47,226 nucleotides of DNA, from NCBI GenBank assembly GCA_002292015.1, contig DBBD01000122.1:1-47226 (forward strand), read 5' to 3'. Of this stretch, positions 33,510 through 43,090 are shown piece after piece. The position numbers and the translations under genes were made by a program. The DNA comes from Firmicutes bacterium UBA993 (GTDB lineage Bacteria > Bacillota > Dethiobacteria > DTU022). Below the pieces are notes generated by a model that was not told the origin of the DNA, did no database searches, and saw only the letters and a list, made by a program, of their open reading frames with translations. Every line of letters starts with the position of its first letter. The stretch's first letter is position 1.

Positions 33510-35248
33510 GCTTCTTGCCGGGTTTTGCAGTCAGGCGCAACACGGTGAGGAAAAGGATGCTGTTCGTTTTCGTCCTGACCCTGTTATTTTCTCTTTACCT
33601 GATTGGCAGGTTGGCTTGGATCCAGATCGTTCTGGCTGATGAACTATATGACCAGGCATGGAGACAGTGGAATCATAATATCGTCGTGCAGGTAGGTCGG
33701 GGAGCAATTTATGATCAGCATGGCCGTTTGCTGGCCGGAAGCACTGAAGTGCAGACGGTGGTTGCCATACCGCAAAAGATAGCCGATCCTGAAGTTGTTG
33801 CCGGTGCCCTTGCGCCTGTTTTAAGTATGAATGAACGGGATATAGCTGAATTGGTCACCTTGGATCGCAGCGCAGTTTACATCAAGCGCAAGGTAGATCC
33901 GGAAATAACCGAGGCGGTACGAGAAATGAATTTGCCAGGCATAGTTTTTTTTAATGAAGAGAAGCGCTATTACCCGGGTGGCAATCTTGCCTCTCAGCTG
34001 CTTGGTTTCGTCGGCATGGACCAGGGGTGGTCTGGCTTGGAGTTCTACTACGAACAGTATTTAAGTGGCAGCGAGAGCAGATTACACTTTCCAGCTGATG
34101 CACTGGGCCGTCAGCTTTCCCGTAATTATTTTGGCAATCCACTACCGAAGCAGAGTTATAATCTTTACCTGGCAATTGATGAATCAATTCAACATATTGC
34201 AGAAAGAGAACTGGAACGGGTGATGGCTGAAGCTGCGCCCAGGCAGGTACTGGCTATTGCTGTAGATCCCTACAGCGGTGCAGTGCTGGCAGCTGCAGCC
34301 CGGCCCGACTTTAATCCTCACTATTTTACTGATTTTGATCCGGAGCGCTGGACCCTGGCTCCCTTCACCACTTCTTTTGAGCCAGGTTCAACTCTAAAGC
34401 TGGTCACCCTTGCAGCCGTCCTGGAAGAAGGGCTGCTCGATCCGGAAGAGCACTTCTACTGTCCTGGTTTTGTTATGGTCAACAGTCAGCGGATTAATTG
34501 CTGGACAGCCGATCGCGGAGGATGTGGTAATATTACTTTTCGGCAGGCGCTGGCCGTTTCCTGCAATCCAGCCTTTGTAACTCTGAGTAGAAAAATCGGG
34601 GCGCAAAAGCTGTCCGGTTACATCGATTTTTTTGGTTTTGGAAAAACCACCGGTATCGATTACCCAGGCGAAAGCAGTGGTCTTGTTTTTGGCGCCTCTT
34701 CGCTCGGTCCGTTGGAGCTGGCTACCACCTCTTTCGGCCAGGGAATATCAGTAACCCCGATTCAGCAGGCAATGGCAGTAGCGGCTATGATTAACGGTGG
34801 GTATTTATACAAACCGTACCTGGTCAAAGAGATTAGAAGCAGAGATGGCGAAACGATTTTTAAAAGAGAACCGGAGTTAGTCAGGCAGGTAATCTCAGCC
34901 GGGACTTCGGAAAAGCTGGTTGAGCTCATGGAAACAGTAATTCTCGAAGGAACAGGAAGAACAGCGGCTCTCGAGGGTTATCGTGTCGCCGGGAAAACAG
35001 GCACCGCGAAAAAACTGGGCGAAGACCAGCTCTATAGAAGCGATTCTTATATCTATTCTTTTGTCGGATTTGCCCCGGTGGAAGCGCCGCGTATTGTACT
35101 TTTTGTCTCCGTCGACGGGGTTACAAAGGGGCCGCGTTTCGGTTCAGCAACCAGTGTCCCGCTCTTTAAACGGATTATGGAAGATACTCTTAATTACCTG
35201 CAGGTTACGCCTACAGTGGTAACCAGTATAAAAGAAGATTTGAACTGA
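33506..35248 (+). CDS. class B penicillin-binding protein (FtsI/PBP2B/SpoVD family transpeptidase)
   Basis: 580 aa. It has an N-terminal TM anchor and dimerisation domain. The transpeptidase motifs are 'GSTLK' (SxxK), 'SCN' (SxN) and 'KTGT'. Confidence 0.9.
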   Translation: MSFLPGFAVRRNTVRKRMLFVFVLTLLFSLYLIGRLAWIQIVLADELYDQAWRQWNHNIVVQVGRGAIYDQHGRLLAGSTEVQTVVAIPQKIADPEVVAGALAPVLSMNERDIAELVTLDRSAVYIKRKVDPEITEAVREMNLPGIVFFNEEKRYYPGGNLASQLLGFVGMDQGWSGLEFYYEQYLSGSESRLHFPADALGRQLSRNYFGNPLPKQSYNLYLAIDESIQHIAERELERVMAEAAPRQVLAIAVDPYSGAVLAAAARPDFNPHYFTDFDPERWTLAPFTTSFEPGSTLKLVTLAAVLEEGLLDPEEHFYCPGFVMVNSQRINCWTADRGGCGNITFRQALAVSCNPAFVTLSRKIGAQKLSGYIDFFGFGKTTGIDYPGESSGLVFGASSLGPLELATTSFGQGISVTPIQQAMAVAAMINGGYLYKPYLVKEIRSRDGETIFKREPELVRQVISAGTSEKLVELMETVILEGTGRTAALEGYRVAGKTGTAKKLGEDQLYRSDSYIYSFVGFAPVEAPRIVLFVSVDGVTKGPRFGSATSVPLFKRIMEDTLNYLQVTPTVVTSIKEDLN

Positions 35249-35264
35249 AGATAAGGAGAGAGCC

Positions 35265-36662
35265 ATGAACCTGAGGGCAAGTGAAATTATCGAGGCAACT
35301 CAGGGTAAATTGCTGCAGGGTAATTCTAAACAGCAGGTAACTGGTTTTGCGATCGACTCGAGGCTGGTTGCTCCGGGCGAAATGTTTGTTCCCTTCAGGG
35401 GTGAGAAGACCGATGGTCACCTTTTTATAGCCGACGCTCTCAACCGTGGCGCTGCTGGATCGCTGGTTGAAAACGGGGCCGAAAACCTACCACTGGTGGG
35501 AGCGGGAGCACTGCTGATTGAAGTGGGCAATTCGCTCACTGCGTTGCAGCAGATCGCAGCTTGGTATCGCAAACAATTTTCACTCACTGTAATCGGCATA
35601 ACTGGCAGCAGCGGCAAGACCACGACCAAGGATTATCTTGCCGGAGTTCTGGAATCGAGGTTCAACGTATTAAAAACAGAAGGCAACCTGAACAACGAGA
35701 TCGGCTTGCCCTTGACTGTGCTTAAATTGGAGGGCAGCCACCAGGTAGCGGTGCTGGAGATGGGTATGAGTGCGCCTGGTGAGATAGACACACTATGCAA
35801 AATTGCCAACCCCTCAATTGGGGTGATCACCAATATCGGTGAAGCCCATATTGAACTGCTAGGATCGATCGATGCGATTGAGAAGGCGAAAGGAGAGCTA
35901 CTTGATTACCTCGGCTCAGGCGGGGTAGCCGTTTTGAACGGCGATGATCCCCGCCTTCTAAAGATTGGGAAACGCTACCCGGGAAAAGTATACTACTACA
36001 GCTTTAACCAGGGCGATATAAAAGGCTTAGAGTTGTCTCAAAGGGGAGAAAACAGCTTTTTCCGGGTGCGTTTTCCAGATAAATCGGAAGGGTGGTTTAA
36101 AGCACCCTTACCTGGACGGGAGTCGGTAAGCAATGCCCTGGCGGCTCTTACCGTCGGCTATATTCTGGGGTTAAGCCTGCCGGAGATGCAAAAAGGTCTC
36201 GAAAAAAGCCGAACTTCAGCGGGCAGACTCAGGGTTTGCCGTACTGCTGAAGACTTAATTGTCATCGACGATAGTTATAATGCTAACCCCAGTTCGGTCA
36301 AAGCGGCCATTGATGTGCTCTTTGAGCTTGGCGGCAGGAATAGTGTGGCCGTTCTCGGTGATATGCTGGAGCTCGGTTTTGCTGCAAACGATGCACATCA
36401 GGAGATAGGCCGCTATCTGGCAGAGTCCGGAGTTACCTACCTGATAGCGGTAGGAGAGTTGATGCAGGTGGCAGCCCGTGAAGCGATGGTTGCCGGGATG
36501 ACTGTTTTTGCTTGCAGAAGCCAGGAAGAAGCTTTGATGAGGCTTGCGAAGCTTCCCCTCGATTATAAATGGCATATATTGGTAAAAGGTTCGAGAGGGA
36601 TGCGTATGGACAAGATTGTTGCTGCTTTGCTTGGAAACGACCCGGAAGGAGTTGGCGGGTAA
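35265..36662 (+). CDS. murF: UDP-N-acetylmuramoyl-tripeptide--D-alanyl-D-alanine ligase
   Basis: 465 aa. It carries 'IDSRLVAPGEMFVPFRGEKTDGH', 'GITGSSGKTTTK' and 'DDSYNANPSS'; the last is MurF-type, not the MurE 'DYAHTPD' form. Confidence 0.92.
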   Translation: MNLRASEIIEATQGKLLQGNSKQQVTGFAIDSRLVAPGEMFVPFRGEKTDGHLFIADALNRGAAGSLVENGAENLPLVGAGALLIEVGNSLTALQQIAAWYRKQFSLTVIGITGSSGKTTTKDYLAGVLESRFNVLKTEGNLNNEIGLPLTVLKLEGSHQVAVLEMGMSAPGEIDTLCKIANPSIGVITNIGEAHIELLGSIDAIEKAKGELLDYLGSGGVAVLNGDDPRLLKIGKRYPGKVYYYSFNQGDIKGLELSQRGENSFFRVRFPDKSEGWFKAPLPGRESVSNALAALTVGYILGLSLPEMQKGLEKSRTSAGRLRVCRTAEDLIVIDDSYNANPSSVKAAIDVLFELGGRNSVAVLGDMLELGFAANDAHQEIGRYLAESGVTYLIAVGELMQVAAREAMVAGMTVFACRSQEEALMRLAKLPLDYKWHILVKGSRGMRMDKIVAALLGNDPEGVGG

Positions 36663-37636
36663 TGTTGGCGGAGATCCTGTTCGCGTTGCTGCTTGCTTTT
36701 TTGTTTTCAGTGATTGCCTATCCCGTGTTTATCAGGCACGTGAAAAAGCTGCAGTTTGGCCAGCAGATCCGGGAAGAAGGCCCAGCCCGTCATGCTCTCA
36801 AAAGTGGTACCCCGACCATGGGTGGTGTGGTGATCATTGTTTCAGCGCTGGTTGCTGCCCTCTTTACAGTCGGCCTGGCTAAACCATTTCTAGTTACCCT
36901 GCCGGTTATTCTCGGTTGTGGACTGCTGGGATTTGTTGATGATTATCTGAAGATCGTCAGAAAGCAATCATTGGGTTTGAAGGCGAGATCGAAATTGTTC
37001 GGCATGTTGGTTATCGCCGCGGTCTTTATGCTTCTTTTATCGCTGGCCGATCTTTATGATCCGTCGGTACAACTGCCGTTTTTGAACCTGACTATAAACC
37101 TTGGCTTTATCTATCCGCTTTTTGTCCTGTTCCTGATTACCGGTTTTAGTAACAGTGTTAACCTGACCGATGGAGTAGATGGCTTGGCTGCCGGAACTTC
37201 AGCGCTGGCCCTGGCCGCTTTTGCCTATATCGGCTACCGGGCCGGAGTCCCTTCAATTGCAGTTTTCTGCGCGGCGCTGATCGGATCCTGTCTCGGGTTT
37301 TTAATTTTTAACCGTTATCCGGCGCGGCTTTTTATGGGTGATAGCGGTTCGCTTGCCCTCGGTGGGATCCTCGCAGCAATCGCGGTCATAACTGCCGCAG
37401 AACTCTACTTATTGATCATCGGTGCTGTTTTCGTTTTGGAGGCGCTGTCGGTAACCATGCAGGTGGCTTCTTTTCAGTTAACGGGTAAGCGGGTATTTTT
37501 AATGAGTCCCCTGCATCATCACTTTGAGTTAAAAGGCTGGTCTGAATGGCGGGTGGCAACTATGTTCTGGTTAGCTGGTTTTATTTTTGCCCTGACCGGC
37601 ATTTGGCAGTACAATTTAATGAGTGCGGCGCTTTAA
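36662..37636 (+). CDS. mraY: phospho-N-acetylmuramoyl-pentapeptide transferase
   Basis: It carries 'GTPTMGG', 'NSVNLTDGVDGLA', 'MGDSGSLALGG' and 'PLHHHFE'. ATG 36662 overlaps the murF stop (TAATG). The 31 upstream codons of the tracked ORF lie inside murF. Confidence 0.92.
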   Translation: MLAEILFALLLAFLFSVIAYPVFIRHVKKLQFGQQIREEGPARHALKSGTPTMGGVVIIVSALVAALFTVGLAKPFLVTLPVILGCGLLGFVDDYLKIVRKQSLGLKARSKLFGMLVIAAVFMLLLSLADLYDPSVQLPFLNLTINLGFIYPLFVLFLITGFSNSVNLTDGVDGLAAGTSALALAAFAYIGYRAGVPSIAVFCAALIGSCLGFLIFNRYPARLFMGDSGSLALGGILAAIAVITAAELYLLIIGAVFVLEALSVTMQVASFQLTGKRVFLMSPLHHHFELKGWSEWRVATMFWLAGFIFALTGIWQYNLMSAAL

Positions 37637-37679
37637 CCCGGCAGGAATAGTAGCAACCACTTTTTCATGGAGGAAAATT

Positions 37680-39110
37680 TTGATCGATCGGATTAGGGGT
37701 AAAGAGGTTTTGGTAGTTGGTATGGGCAGAAGCGGAATAGCTGCCGCTGAGCTGCTGTCTGGTTGTGGAGTGTCTAAAATAACGGTAGTAGATCATAAAA
37801 AGCCGGACGAGCTGCAGGAAGCACTGGCCAGGTTAAGGCGCTACCCTCTAATAGTAACGGTCACCGGAGAAAATCCGCCGGAGTTAGTAACACTTGCATT
37901 GGCTCTGATCGTTAAAAGCCCGGGAGTGCCGCCAACGCTTGAGATCTTAAAAAAAGCTGAACAGCTTGGAGTACCGGTTATCTCAGAGATCGAGCTGGCT
38001 TACCACTTTATCCGCACCCCGCTGGTCGGAATTACCGGTACTAACGGTAAAACAACCACTACAGCCCTGGTAACAGAGATGCTGAAGGCAGCCCGCTTCG
38101 ATCCGGTGGTAGCTGCCGGTAATATCGGTGAACCCTTAAGCGCCCTGGCCGGTAAATTTAGTGCTCAGGGCATGATCGTTGCCGAGCTGAGCAGTTTCCA
38201 GTTGGAAAATATCCTTAATTTCAGGCCTTTTGTCGCCCTTTATTTGAACTTTACAGAAGACCATCTTGACTACCATGGCAGCCTGGAACGTTACTTTCAG
38301 GCCAAAGCCCGCATTTTCGAGAACCAATATGCCGAAGACTATGCAATTCTAAATGCTGATGACCAGGCGATAGCAGGGTTGGCCGGTAAATGCCGGGCTA
38401 CAGTAATCTGGTTTGGCCGCAGGCCGTTACCGATAGGTTGTGGCATCGATCAGGAGTGGATTACACTTTACAATAACCCTCAGGAACCAATCAGAATTTG
38501 CCCCGTCCGGGAAGTTGTCCTGCCCGGGGAGCATAATCTTGAAAATGCCCTGGCCGGAGCAACCGCAGCCTGGGCTGCCGGCGCAGATCCTGAAGCGATT
38601 GGCTCTGTCCTACGTTCTTTTAAAGCTATCGAGCACCGGCTGGAGTTGGTCAAATCTGTTAACGGTGTTGATTATATCAATGATTCCAAGGGGACCAACC
38701 CAGACGCAACGATCAAAGCGATAAGTTCTTTTCCTGGTAGAAATATCATCCTTATTGCCGGTGGCAAAGAAAAAGGAGCTGATTTTACCGGGCTGGCGGA
38801 AGTACTGAAGCGCAAGGTGTGCCTATTGATCTTGTTCGGTGAGACAAAGGAAAAAATGGCAGCAGCAGCCGGCCAGGCCGGTTTTAAAAATTTCCGATTT
38901 GTTCCCGGCCTGCAGGAGGCAGTGCGCTTGGCTGCGGCTGAGGCGAAGAACGGGGATGTGGTCATGTTATCTCCGGCCTGTGCCAGTTGGGATATGTTTA
39001 CAGATTACGAAGAGCGGGGCAGAAAGTTTAAGGGTATGGTTGATCAATTGGTGACGAAGGATTTAGCTAGCGGGGTGCAAAACCATGATATCCAGACAAG
39101 AAAGGCCTAA
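37680..39110 (+). CDS. murD: UDP-N-acetylmuramoylalanine--D-glutamate ligase
   Basis: It carries 'KEVLVVGMGRSGIAAA', 'GITGTNGKTTT' and 'NDSKGTNPDA'. I prefer TTG 37680, which is 6 nt after GGAGG, over GTG 37623 of the ORF track because it gives the usual short N-terminus. Confidence 0.9.
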   Translation: MIDRIRGKEVLVVGMGRSGIAAAELLSGCGVSKITVVDHKKPDELQEALARLRRYPLIVTVTGENPPELVTLALALIVKSPGVPPTLEILKKAEQLGVPVISEIELAYHFIRTPLVGITGTNGKTTTTALVTEMLKAARFDPVVAAGNIGEPLSALAGKFSAQGMIVAELSSFQLENILNFRPFVALYLNFTEDHLDYHGSLERYFQAKARIFENQYAEDYAILNADDQAIAGLAGKCRATVIWFGRRPLPIGCGIDQEWITLYNNPQEPIRICPVREVVLPGEHNLENALAGATAAWAAGADPEAIGSVLRSFKAIEHRLELVKSVNGVDYINDSKGTNPDATIKAISSFPGRNIILIAGGKEKGADFTGLAEVLKRKVCLLILFGETKEKMAAAAGQAGFKNFRFVPGLQEAVRLAAAEAKNGDVVMLSPACASWDMFTDYEERGRKFKGMVDQLVTKDLASGVQNHDIQTRKA

Positions 39111-40218
39111 AACTGATAATGTTTTGCTGTTAACAACTGTTTTGCTGTTAGCAATCGGCCTGATCATGGTTTTTAGTGCCAGTTATATAGTAGCCGCTGA
39201 AAGGATGGGTGATTCTTACTATTTTTTAAAGCGGCAGGCTCTCTGGATAGCCATTGGTCTGCTTGGGCTGGCGATTATTTCCAGAATCAACTATTTGGTG
39301 TTGAAGCGTTTTTCACTGCTGATCCTTCTCCTGAACTTTGTGCTGCTAGTGTTGGTTTTCTCACCGCTCGGAACCTCTTTAGGTACTGAGGCGCAACGTT
39401 GGCTGGCCCTGGGACCTGCTATTTTGCAGCCTTCGGAATTCAGCAAGCTGGCCCTTGTTATTTTTACCGCAGCCTATATGAGCAGCCGCAGCCTTAACAT
39501 CAGGCATACCTGGACTGCTACGATCTTACCCTTGCTTATTGCCTTTATTGCGTTTTTGTTGATCCAGTTCCAACCTGATTTGAGTACTGGCCTGGTCGTG
39601 CTTGCGGGGGCAATCCTGGTTGTTTTTTGTGCCGGAGTACCACTGGCCAGGGCAGCCTGCCTCTCCTTGATCTCAATTCCCTTGGTGGCCTGGGTTACGC
39701 TACACGAAGATTACCGGATGCAGCGGCTTTTTACCTTTTTTGATCCATGGGCTGATCCGACGGGCTCCGGTTACCAGATTATACAATCCCTTTACGCCCT
39801 GGGCTCCGGCTATATATTCGGAAGTGGTCTCGGACAAGGTAGACAGAAACTATTCTATCTACCGGAGCCGCACAACGACTTTATTTTTGCCGTAATCGGC
39901 GAGGAGCTGGGGTTCATCGGCGCTATGTCGATTTTGCTGTTTTACCTGCTGATTATTTGGCGTGGTTACCAGATTGCCATCAAAGCTCCGGATCTTTTTA
40001 GTAGTTTGTTGGCCGCCGGCCTTACTTTTATTTTTGGTTTGCAGGTATTGATTAATATTGCCGTGGTAACTGCTTCGATGCCGGTTACCGGGATTAATCT
40101 GCCGCTAATCAGCGCTGGAGGCAGTTCTGTTTTCTTTACACTGATCTCAATCGGAATCTTGCTAAGTATATCGCGGTACACCAGGGAAGATCTTGCTCTG
40201 AAAGGAAGGGCAGCCTGA
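39085..40218 (+). CDS. ftsW: SEDS-family peptidoglycan glycosyltransferase FtsW/SpoVE
   Basis: 377 aa with about 10 TM segments. It carries 'QPSEFSKL', 'GYQIIQSLYALGSG' and 'LPEPHNDFIFAVIGEELG'. Confidence 0.9.
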   Translation: MISRQERPKTDNVLLLTTVLLLAIGLIMVFSASYIVAAERMGDSYYFLKRQALWIAIGLLGLAIISRINYLVLKRFSLLILLLNFVLLVLVFSPLGTSLGTEAQRWLALGPAILQPSEFSKLALVIFTAAYMSSRSLNIRHTWTATILPLLIAFIAFLLIQFQPDLSTGLVVLAGAILVVFCAGVPLARAACLSLISIPLVAWVTLHEDYRMQRLFTFFDPWADPTGSGYQIIQSLYALGSGYIFGSGLGQGRQKLFYLPEPHNDFIFAVIGEELGFIGAMSILLFYLLIIWRGYQIAIKAPDLFSSLLAAGLTFIFGLQVLINIAVVTASMPVTGINLPLISAGGSSVFFTLISIGILLSISRYTREDLALKGRAA

Positions 40219-41306
40219 TGAAATTGCTGATCGGCGGGGGCGGAACAGGAGGTCATATCTATCCTGGCTTGGCTTTGGCCCGGTATATACTATCGATTAG
40301 CGCAGAAAGCGAGATTCTTTTTGTTGGCAGCGAAGCCGGGCTGGAGCAGAAAATTGTTCCTGCTTCCGGTTTTAAGCTGGTCAACATACCAGCCAAAGGT
40401 TTTCAACGCAACTTCAGGCAGTTGGGCCAGGTCATTAGCAGACTTTACAGTGGCATAAGAAAGGCGGGCAAAGTAATGGAAGATTTTAAACCGGATGTGG
40501 TGCTTGGCACTGGCGGTTTTGTTGCAGCACCTCTGGTCATTGCCGCGCTTTTAAAAAGAGTGCCGGTGGTTTTGCATGAACAAAATGCCCTTCCCGGTTT
40601 GGTAAACCGCATGTTTGCCCCTTTTGTCAACAGGGTTTGTATATCCTTTGCTGAGACGGCAAAAAAACTTTCCCGCCTCAGCCAGGTTGTGCATACCGGT
40701 AATCCCCGATCAACGGAAGTCGTAAGCTTAAGTCGCGAAGTGGGTTGCTTAGCGCTAAATCTCGACCAGCACCGAGTAATAGTTTTGATTTACGGCGGCA
40801 GCAGAGGCGCTTTGCGGCTGAACGAAGTAGTTGCCGATTACCTTAAGGAGGCGATCCTGCCGGAGGAGCTAACAATTGTCTTTATCACCGGAGACATTTA
40901 CTATCAGGAGATCAGCGGCAAACTTGACCCACTGCCGGAGCAGGCTAAAATATACCCCTATTTGAACCAGATGCCCGAGGCCCTGGCTGCCGCAGATCTG
41001 GTGGTTGCCCGCAGTGGGGCGACTACTTTAGCGGAACTTACCGCCATTGGTTTACCGGCGATTCTCATTCCGTCGCCCAACGTGGTAAATAATCACCAGT
41101 ATTATAATGCCAGGGTGCTTACTGATGTGGGAGCAGCAGTTTTGATTGAAGAAAAAGATTTTAACTGGAAGAGGCTTGAACATGAGATTAATCAATTATT
41201 AAAAAACCCAGTCCAAAGAATTAGTATGCAGAAAAAAAGTAAAGCGCTTGGTGTAACCGATGCTGCGGAAAGGCTCTACCATGTCCTGCAGGGGGTTGCC
41301 TCATGA
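40218..41306 (+). CDS. murG: undecaprenyldiphospho-muramoylpentapeptide beta-N-acetylglucosaminyltransferase
   Basis: 362 aa. It carries 'GGGTGGHIYPGLALA', 'HEQNALPG' and 'GGSRGA', plus 'ARSGATTLAEL'. Confidence 0.92.
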   Translation: MKLLIGGGGTGGHIYPGLALARYILSISAESEILFVGSEAGLEQKIVPASGFKLVNIPAKGFQRNFRQLGQVISRLYSGIRKAGKVMEDFKPDVVLGTGGFVAAPLVIAALLKRVPVVLHEQNALPGLVNRMFAPFVNRVCISFAETAKKLSRLSQVVHTGNPRSTEVVSLSREVGCLALNLDQHRVIVLIYGGSRGALRLNEVVADYLKEAILPEELTIVFITGDIYYQEISGKLDPLPEQAKIYPYLNQMPEALAAADLVVARSGATTLAELTAIGLPAILIPSPNVVNNHQYYNARVLTDVGAAVLIEEKDFNWKRLEHEINQLLKNPVQRISMQKKSKALGVTDAAERLYHVLQGVAS

Positions 41307-42208
41307 GTATCATAGAAATGCTTCGCCATAGGCTGGCAAACGGTGTCAGGGTCAACGAGCTGATGGCCAATCACACTTCGTGGCAGGTAGGCGGTCCGGC
41401 AGATTATTATGTCTGCCCTGTCGGATTAGTTGAACTAGTTGCAGTTTTGAGTGCCTGCAGCGAAACCAGGATTCCCTACTTTGTTATCGGCAACGGAACA
41501 AACCTGCTGGTTTTGGATGGAGGGATTCGGGGCATAGTAATCAATATCGGAACTTCCTTCTCATACATTAAACCCGCGGGGGAAAAACTGGTAGTAGGGG
41601 CCGGCACTCCGATGACTCTCCTGGCTTTTACTGCGGCTGAAGAATCGCTCAGCGGGTTGGAGTTTACGGTGGGTATACCAGGGTCGCTCGGTGGTGCGGT
41701 GATTATGAATGCCGGAGCCTTCGGAGGTTATATCGGTGACAAAATCAGCTTGGTCAGGTTGGTTGATTCAGAGGGCAAGCTTGTTGAAAAGAGGCGCGGT
41801 GAGCTTGAGTTTGGGTATCGCACCAGCAATCTGATTGGTAAAGGCGTGGTTTACGAAGTTGAGCTTGAGTTAGCTTGGGGTGATCAGATGGAATCAAAAA
41901 GACTGATCAACAATTTTCTAACTGAGCGCCGCCGCCGCCATCCCAATTTGCCAAGCGCCGGATCAGTTTTCAGAAATCTCGCCGAACAACCTGCCGGCCG
42001 GATTATTGAGCAGGCTGGGGCTAAGGGAATGCGTATCGGGGGAGCCGAAGTATCAACGCAACATGCTAACTTTATTGTAAACTCCGGCAAGGCTACAGCG
42101 GCAGATGTTTTGAACCTGATCAAAAAGGTTCAGGAGTTGGTAAAAGAGCAATTCGACATTGAACTGAAGCCGGAGGTAAAAATCGTTGGAGAGGAGTCTG
42201 TCGGGTGA
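41303..42208 (+). CDS. murB: UDP-N-acetylenolpyruvoylglucosamine reductase
   Basis: 301 aa. It has the FAD-binding region 'GNGTNLLV', 'GIPGSLGGAVIMNAGA' and 'PSAGSVFRN'. Confidence 0.92.
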   Translation: MSIIEMLRHRLANGVRVNELMANHTSWQVGGPADYYVCPVGLVELVAVLSACSETRIPYFVIGNGTNLLVLDGGIRGIVINIGTSFSYIKPAGEKLVVGAGTPMTLLAFTAAEESLSGLEFTVGIPGSLGGAVIMNAGAFGGYIGDKISLVRLVDSEGKLVEKRRGELEFGYRTSNLIGKGVVYEVELELAWGDQMESKRLINNFLTERRRRHPNLPSAGSVFRNLAEQPAGRIIEQAGAKGMRIGGAEVSTQHANFIVNSGKATAADVLNLIKKVQELVKEQFDIELKPEVKIVGEESVG

Positions 42209-42999
42209 AAATAGCCGGAAATAGCTATTACCTGTCGACTGTAAATAGGAAAACACCCGCCTGGAAAAGAGTCTTGCGGACCCTGTTTAGGCTAACTATT
42301 CTGGCCGGATTTTTTGTATTGGCAATCAAAGGTGAATCATATTTCACGATAACCGAGATCCGGGTTACCGGAACAAACTTAATCCCGGTTGCAGAAATAA
42401 TAAAGGCTTCCGGCGTCGACGGTTCACGTAACATCTTTATGCTGCGTGAAAAAAGAGCAGTGGAGCAGATTCTGAGCAGATACCCACAGTTAGAAGCGGT
42501 GGAAGTATCACGTAGTTTGCCTGGGTCGGTAGAGATTAATGTCACAGAAAGGGTTCCGGTGGCTGTGGTGATGACGGCAGACGGCTATTGGATGATCGAT
42601 AAATATTTAATATGTTTTAATTTTTCTGCGGAGCAACAGGACCCGGTATACCCGCTTATTACCGGACTCGATGGTAGTATTGGTGTGCCAGGTCTACCGC
42701 TTGGTTGCTCAGACCGGGCAGAGCTGCTGCAGAAATTTTTTGCGGTCTGGGAAAAAATGGAGTTTGTGGTTATACGGAAGATCGACTTAAGCAGTAATTA
42801 TAACCTTGTTGTGCATACCGACAATCAGGTTGAAATCTGGTTGGGTGATAGTTCTTCAATGGAACAGAAACTGCTGCTGGTCGAAGGAAGCTTGCCGTAC
42901 CTGCAGAAAGGTGGCCACCTAATACTGGATGTGCGTTCCGGCAGTCGCTTGGCTGTGGCCGGAAATGCGGTAATTAGTAAAGGGGAGGTGGAGCCATAA
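42205..42999 (+). CDS. ftsQ: cell division protein FtsQ/DivIB
   Basis: 264 aa. It has one TM segment followed by a POTRA-like region ('ITEIRVTGTNLIPVAEII..SG'). The canonical position before ftsA supports the call. Confidence 0.8.
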   Translation: MKIAGNSYYLSTVNRKTPAWKRVLRTLFRLTILAGFFVLAIKGESYFTITEIRVTGTNLIPVAEIIKASGVDGSRNIFMLREKRAVEQILSRYPQLEAVEVSRSLPGSVEINVTERVPVAVVMTADGYWMIDKYLICFNFSAEQQDPVYPLITGLDGSIGVPGLPLGCSDRAELLQKFFAVWEKMEFVVIRKIDLSSNYNLVVHTDNQVEIWLGDSSSMEQKLLLVEGSLPYLQKGGHLILDVRSGSRLAVAGNAVISKGEVEP

Positions 43000-43090
43000 G
43001 CATAAAAATAAGGAAGGTGTAGAGATGTGCAGCACGGTTTAGTAATCACCGCAATTGCATCCACGATTGGAAGGGTAAGGGGGGTTTGTT

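Noticed and set aside
36569-36661. An upstream extension of the mraY ORF (31 codons) and, similarly, of hisA (12286-12411).
   Set aside because: Both extensions overlap the preceding genes in another frame and have no homology to the family. Canonical starts sit right at the upstream stop codons.
43016-43042. An AAGGAAGG RBS followed by a 5-codon ORF (MCSTV) between ftsQ and ftsA.
   Set aside because: It is too short to evaluate and I cannot check its conservation. It is probably fortuitous.
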